A DNA stretch of 18,072 bases. Source: Bdellovibrionota bacterium. Its GTDB lineage: Bacteria > Bdellovibrionota_C > UBA2361 > JBGSMV01. Where the stretch lies: the NCBI GenBank assembly GCA_044356455.1, contig JBIKWF010000094.1, positions 1 to 18,072 of the forward strand, read 5' to 3'. A model generated the notes under the pieces. It did no database searches and had not been told where the DNA came from. It saw only the letters and a list, made by a program, of their open reading frames with translations. Of this stretch, positions 16,154 to 18,072 are shown piece by piece (position 1 is the first letter of the stretch; each line of letters starts with the position of its first letter). The translations under genes and the position numbers were made by a program.

Positions 16154-17355
16154 GCCGTTCGAGGTTTCTCCGCAGGCAACGTGTGGCGCTGCTTTTTTGC
16201 GGCGCATGTCTTGTTTCAACACAACTCGGGCAGAGTCTCCTTGGAGAGCCGCTCGTTGCTCAGGAGTCGTCTGCGTCATCGGTGCAGGGGGCGAATTTTG
16301 CCGAGGCACCCTCCGAATTGAGGGGAGAAAATTCATCCCCAGCATTACATGCACGTTCGGTAGAGGCTCTTCCTGCGAGTGCTTCCCGCGAGATTTTTCT
16401 TGATGAAGTGGTGAGAGTTGATTTTTCTCCGTCACAAGCATTTTTCTTAGTTTCGATTGAAAAAGGAAGTTATTTACGAATTGAAGCTACTCTCGTGCCG
16501 CCCTTTAAGTCAGAGGTGCCAAAGTCTCAGGTATCAGCGGCCGGTGGTGCAACCAAAGTTCAGGCAACAGTCGGCAGTAGCCCAGTGACTCGCGTCAGTA
16601 GCCCAGTGACTCGCGTCAGTAGCCCAGTAACTCTTGTCGGGGGCCCATGGCGAGCTGGCGCTAGAGTAACTCTCCCTCCATCCGCGGGGCGCTTCACCTA
16701 TAGCGTTATTGTAGTGGGTGAGGGCAATCGATTTGCTCTGCTCCCTCCCCGAGAAGTGATGGCCTCCGATGCCAAGCTCTTTGGTGGGGAGACGGATGCT
16801 TTGCGCGAGTATCTGCTCAAGCGCAAGCAAGAAGCGCGAAGTTGGCAGACCCAGATCGACGCCCAGGATGATAGCCTTAGGCGCCTTCGTGCAGACGCCG
16901 ACATTGTGGCCGATCTCAGTCGTATCGTAGAAGTGCGAGAAGATATCGATAGAGTGCGGCAGTCGATTCGTGGTTTGCAGCAAGACCAAGCCAATCTTGA
17001 AGAGTTTCTGCGTCTTGCTCGCACAGGCCCCCAGCCGCGTAACTTTGCATCTCGGGAAAGGCAGCTTACCAAGCAGATTGTTGAACTTGCGGATGTTGCC
17101 AAGGGAACAGAAAGCGGGGAATTCAGCCGGCGCTCAGATGCTGAGCGAGAGGTGCAGCAGCAGCTTGCGCTGATTGAACAGGCGCGCGGCCTTGACCTCG
17201 ATGGATTGCAGCGAGAACTCGTGCAGCTTCGAAAGCTTAAGCGAGATTTGGGTGGCGCCCTTTCTCCAGGAGAGACTGCTCAAGAAGAGACGATTCCAGC
17301 AGAGAAGGGTGCTACCGGTCCTCTGCCCGAAGGCCCTGAGGACTACGTTCAGTAG
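16150..17355 (+). CDS. Hypothetical exported or membrane-anchored coiled-coil protein
   Basis: ATGA overlap with the previous gene. Arg-rich N-terminus plus hydrophobic stretch, a beta-rich region, then a long heptad-rich C-terminal half. Confidence 0.75.
   Translation: MSRSRFLRRQRVALLFCGACLVSTQLGQSLLGEPLVAQESSASSVQGANFAEAPSELRGENSSPALHARSVEALPASASREIFLDEVVRVDFSPSQAFFLVSIEKGSYLRIEATLVPPFKSEVPKSQVSAAGGATKVQATVGSSPVTRVSSPVTRVSSPVTLVGGPWRAGARVTLPPSAGRFTYSVIVVGEGNRFALLPPREVMASDAKLFGGETDALREYLLKRKQEARSWQTQIDAQDDSLRRLRADADIVADLSRIVEVREDIDRVRQSIRGLQQDQANLEEFLRLARTGPQPRNFASRERQLTKQIVELADVAKGTESGEFSRRSDAEREVQQQLALIEQARGLDLDGLQRELVQLRKLKRDLGGALSPGETAQEETIPAEKGATGPLPEGPEDYVQ
16575..16637 (+). repeat. 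In-frame 21-nt tandem repeat, 3 copies
   Basis: cagtagcccagtgactcgcgt twice exactly (16575, 16596) plus cagtagcccagtaactcttgt (16617); encodes SSPVTRV-SSPVTRV-SSPVTLV. Confidence 0.95.
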
Positions 17356-17525
17356 GGGGCATCATTCCTTATAATTTGTGGCGACAGGCTTAATTTTGAG
17401 CCTCAGTAGGAAACTATTTTTCACATTCCTCGAAAAGAGTGCGCGAACACGAACTGCGAAAGAGAAAGGAGCCGTGTGCGCAATTGGGCCTCATGTGAGG
17501 CCGAATCAAAAATAACGAGGAATAT

Positions 17526-18035
17526 ATGTATATTAACTCACTCTCTCAGGGGCCCCAAGTTGCCTCACAGATTCAAGCTTTCAATGCGCAGGGTGGGATG
17601 CCTGCCCAAGCCACTGGGCTTCCTAAGGAGTCGCTGGGGGCAATGGTTCCTTCTGGCCTTGGTGCTGGTGGGTCTCAGCAGAACGTTGTTTCCGTAGTTC
17701 TGCAGTTTGCTCTCGAGGTTATAAACAACCTCATGGGTCTCATTTCGCAGCTTATGGGTGGCGCAGGTGCGGGTGTTCCTCGCAGCTCCGTCCAAGAGGG
17801 CGGCACGGGAGCGAAGGAAGGAGGGTTTTCATTCGATAATCTGCTTGGAAAGGCCGGTGATTTCCTTGGCGGACTCTTTGGTTCAGGGAAAGAGGCCAAA
17901 GGCCCGGCCGGTGAGTCTAAGAGCAGTGGCGGGGGAATTGTTGATGGTATCTTGGGACTTTTCGGCGGTGGCGGTTCAGGCGGTGGCGCCGGGCTCCTTG
18001 GTAAAGTTGGGTCCTTTATTGGGGGCTTCTTCTAG
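17526..18035 (+). CDS. Gly-rich, Cys-free hypothetical protein with repeated amphipathic helices
   Basis: GAGG upstream of ATG 17526. 169 aa with 44 Gly by my count (about 26%) and no Cys, Trp or His. Internal repeat LLGKAGDFLGGLF / LLGKVGSFIGGFF. Confidence 0.8.
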   Translation: MYINSLSQGPQVASQIQAFNAQGGMPAQATGLPKESLGAMVPSGLGAGGSQQNVVSVVLQFALEVINNLMGLISQLMGGAGAGVPRSSVQEGGTGAKEGGFSFDNLLGKAGDFLGGLFGSGKEAKGPAGESKSSGGGIVDGILGLFGGGGSGGGAGLLGKVGSFIGGFF

Positions 18036-18048
18036 TCATATTAGGTCG

Positions 18049-18072
18049 GTAGGGCGCCCTGTCCTCAGGGCG
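18049..18072 (+). repeat. GTAG-type REP-like hairpin or terminator, cut by the window edge
   Basis: GTAG (18049-18052) followed by a cgccctg-tcct-cagggcg 7-bp stem, 13 nt after the last stop codon. Confidence 0.5.

Overview
Bacterial chromosomal window, mostly + strand, probably from a Gram-negative organism (it encodes a TonB-dependent receptor and a YfiR protein); I cannot assign taxonomy. In order: hflK (5'-truncated) and hflC; a minus-strand Fringe/GT31-like glycosyltransferase and a small Ala-rich ORF; an exported YyaL/SSP411-type thioredoxin-domain protein, a CDF-fold transporter with a degenerate metal site and an LRR-protein kinase; a putative trans-envelope signalling module (periplasmic sensor-HAMP-PAS hybrid histidine kinase, YfiR, TonB-dependent receptor interrupted by one in-frame TAG); an atypical PyrE-like phosphoribosyltransferase; a translationally coupled four-gene unit (Nudix hydrolase, hexapeptide acyltransferase, two unrecognised coiled-coil envelope proteins); and a Gly-rich, Cys-free protein with repeated amphipathic helices. 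Most larger intergenic spacers carry members of three short repeat families, often combined: A (9-nt-periodic palindromic arms), B (a 20-nt IS-end-like motif ending in YTAR) and C (a 55-nt GC-rich element). No transposase, tRNA, rRNA or CRISPR array was found. All calls come from motif reading by eye; no searches were run.
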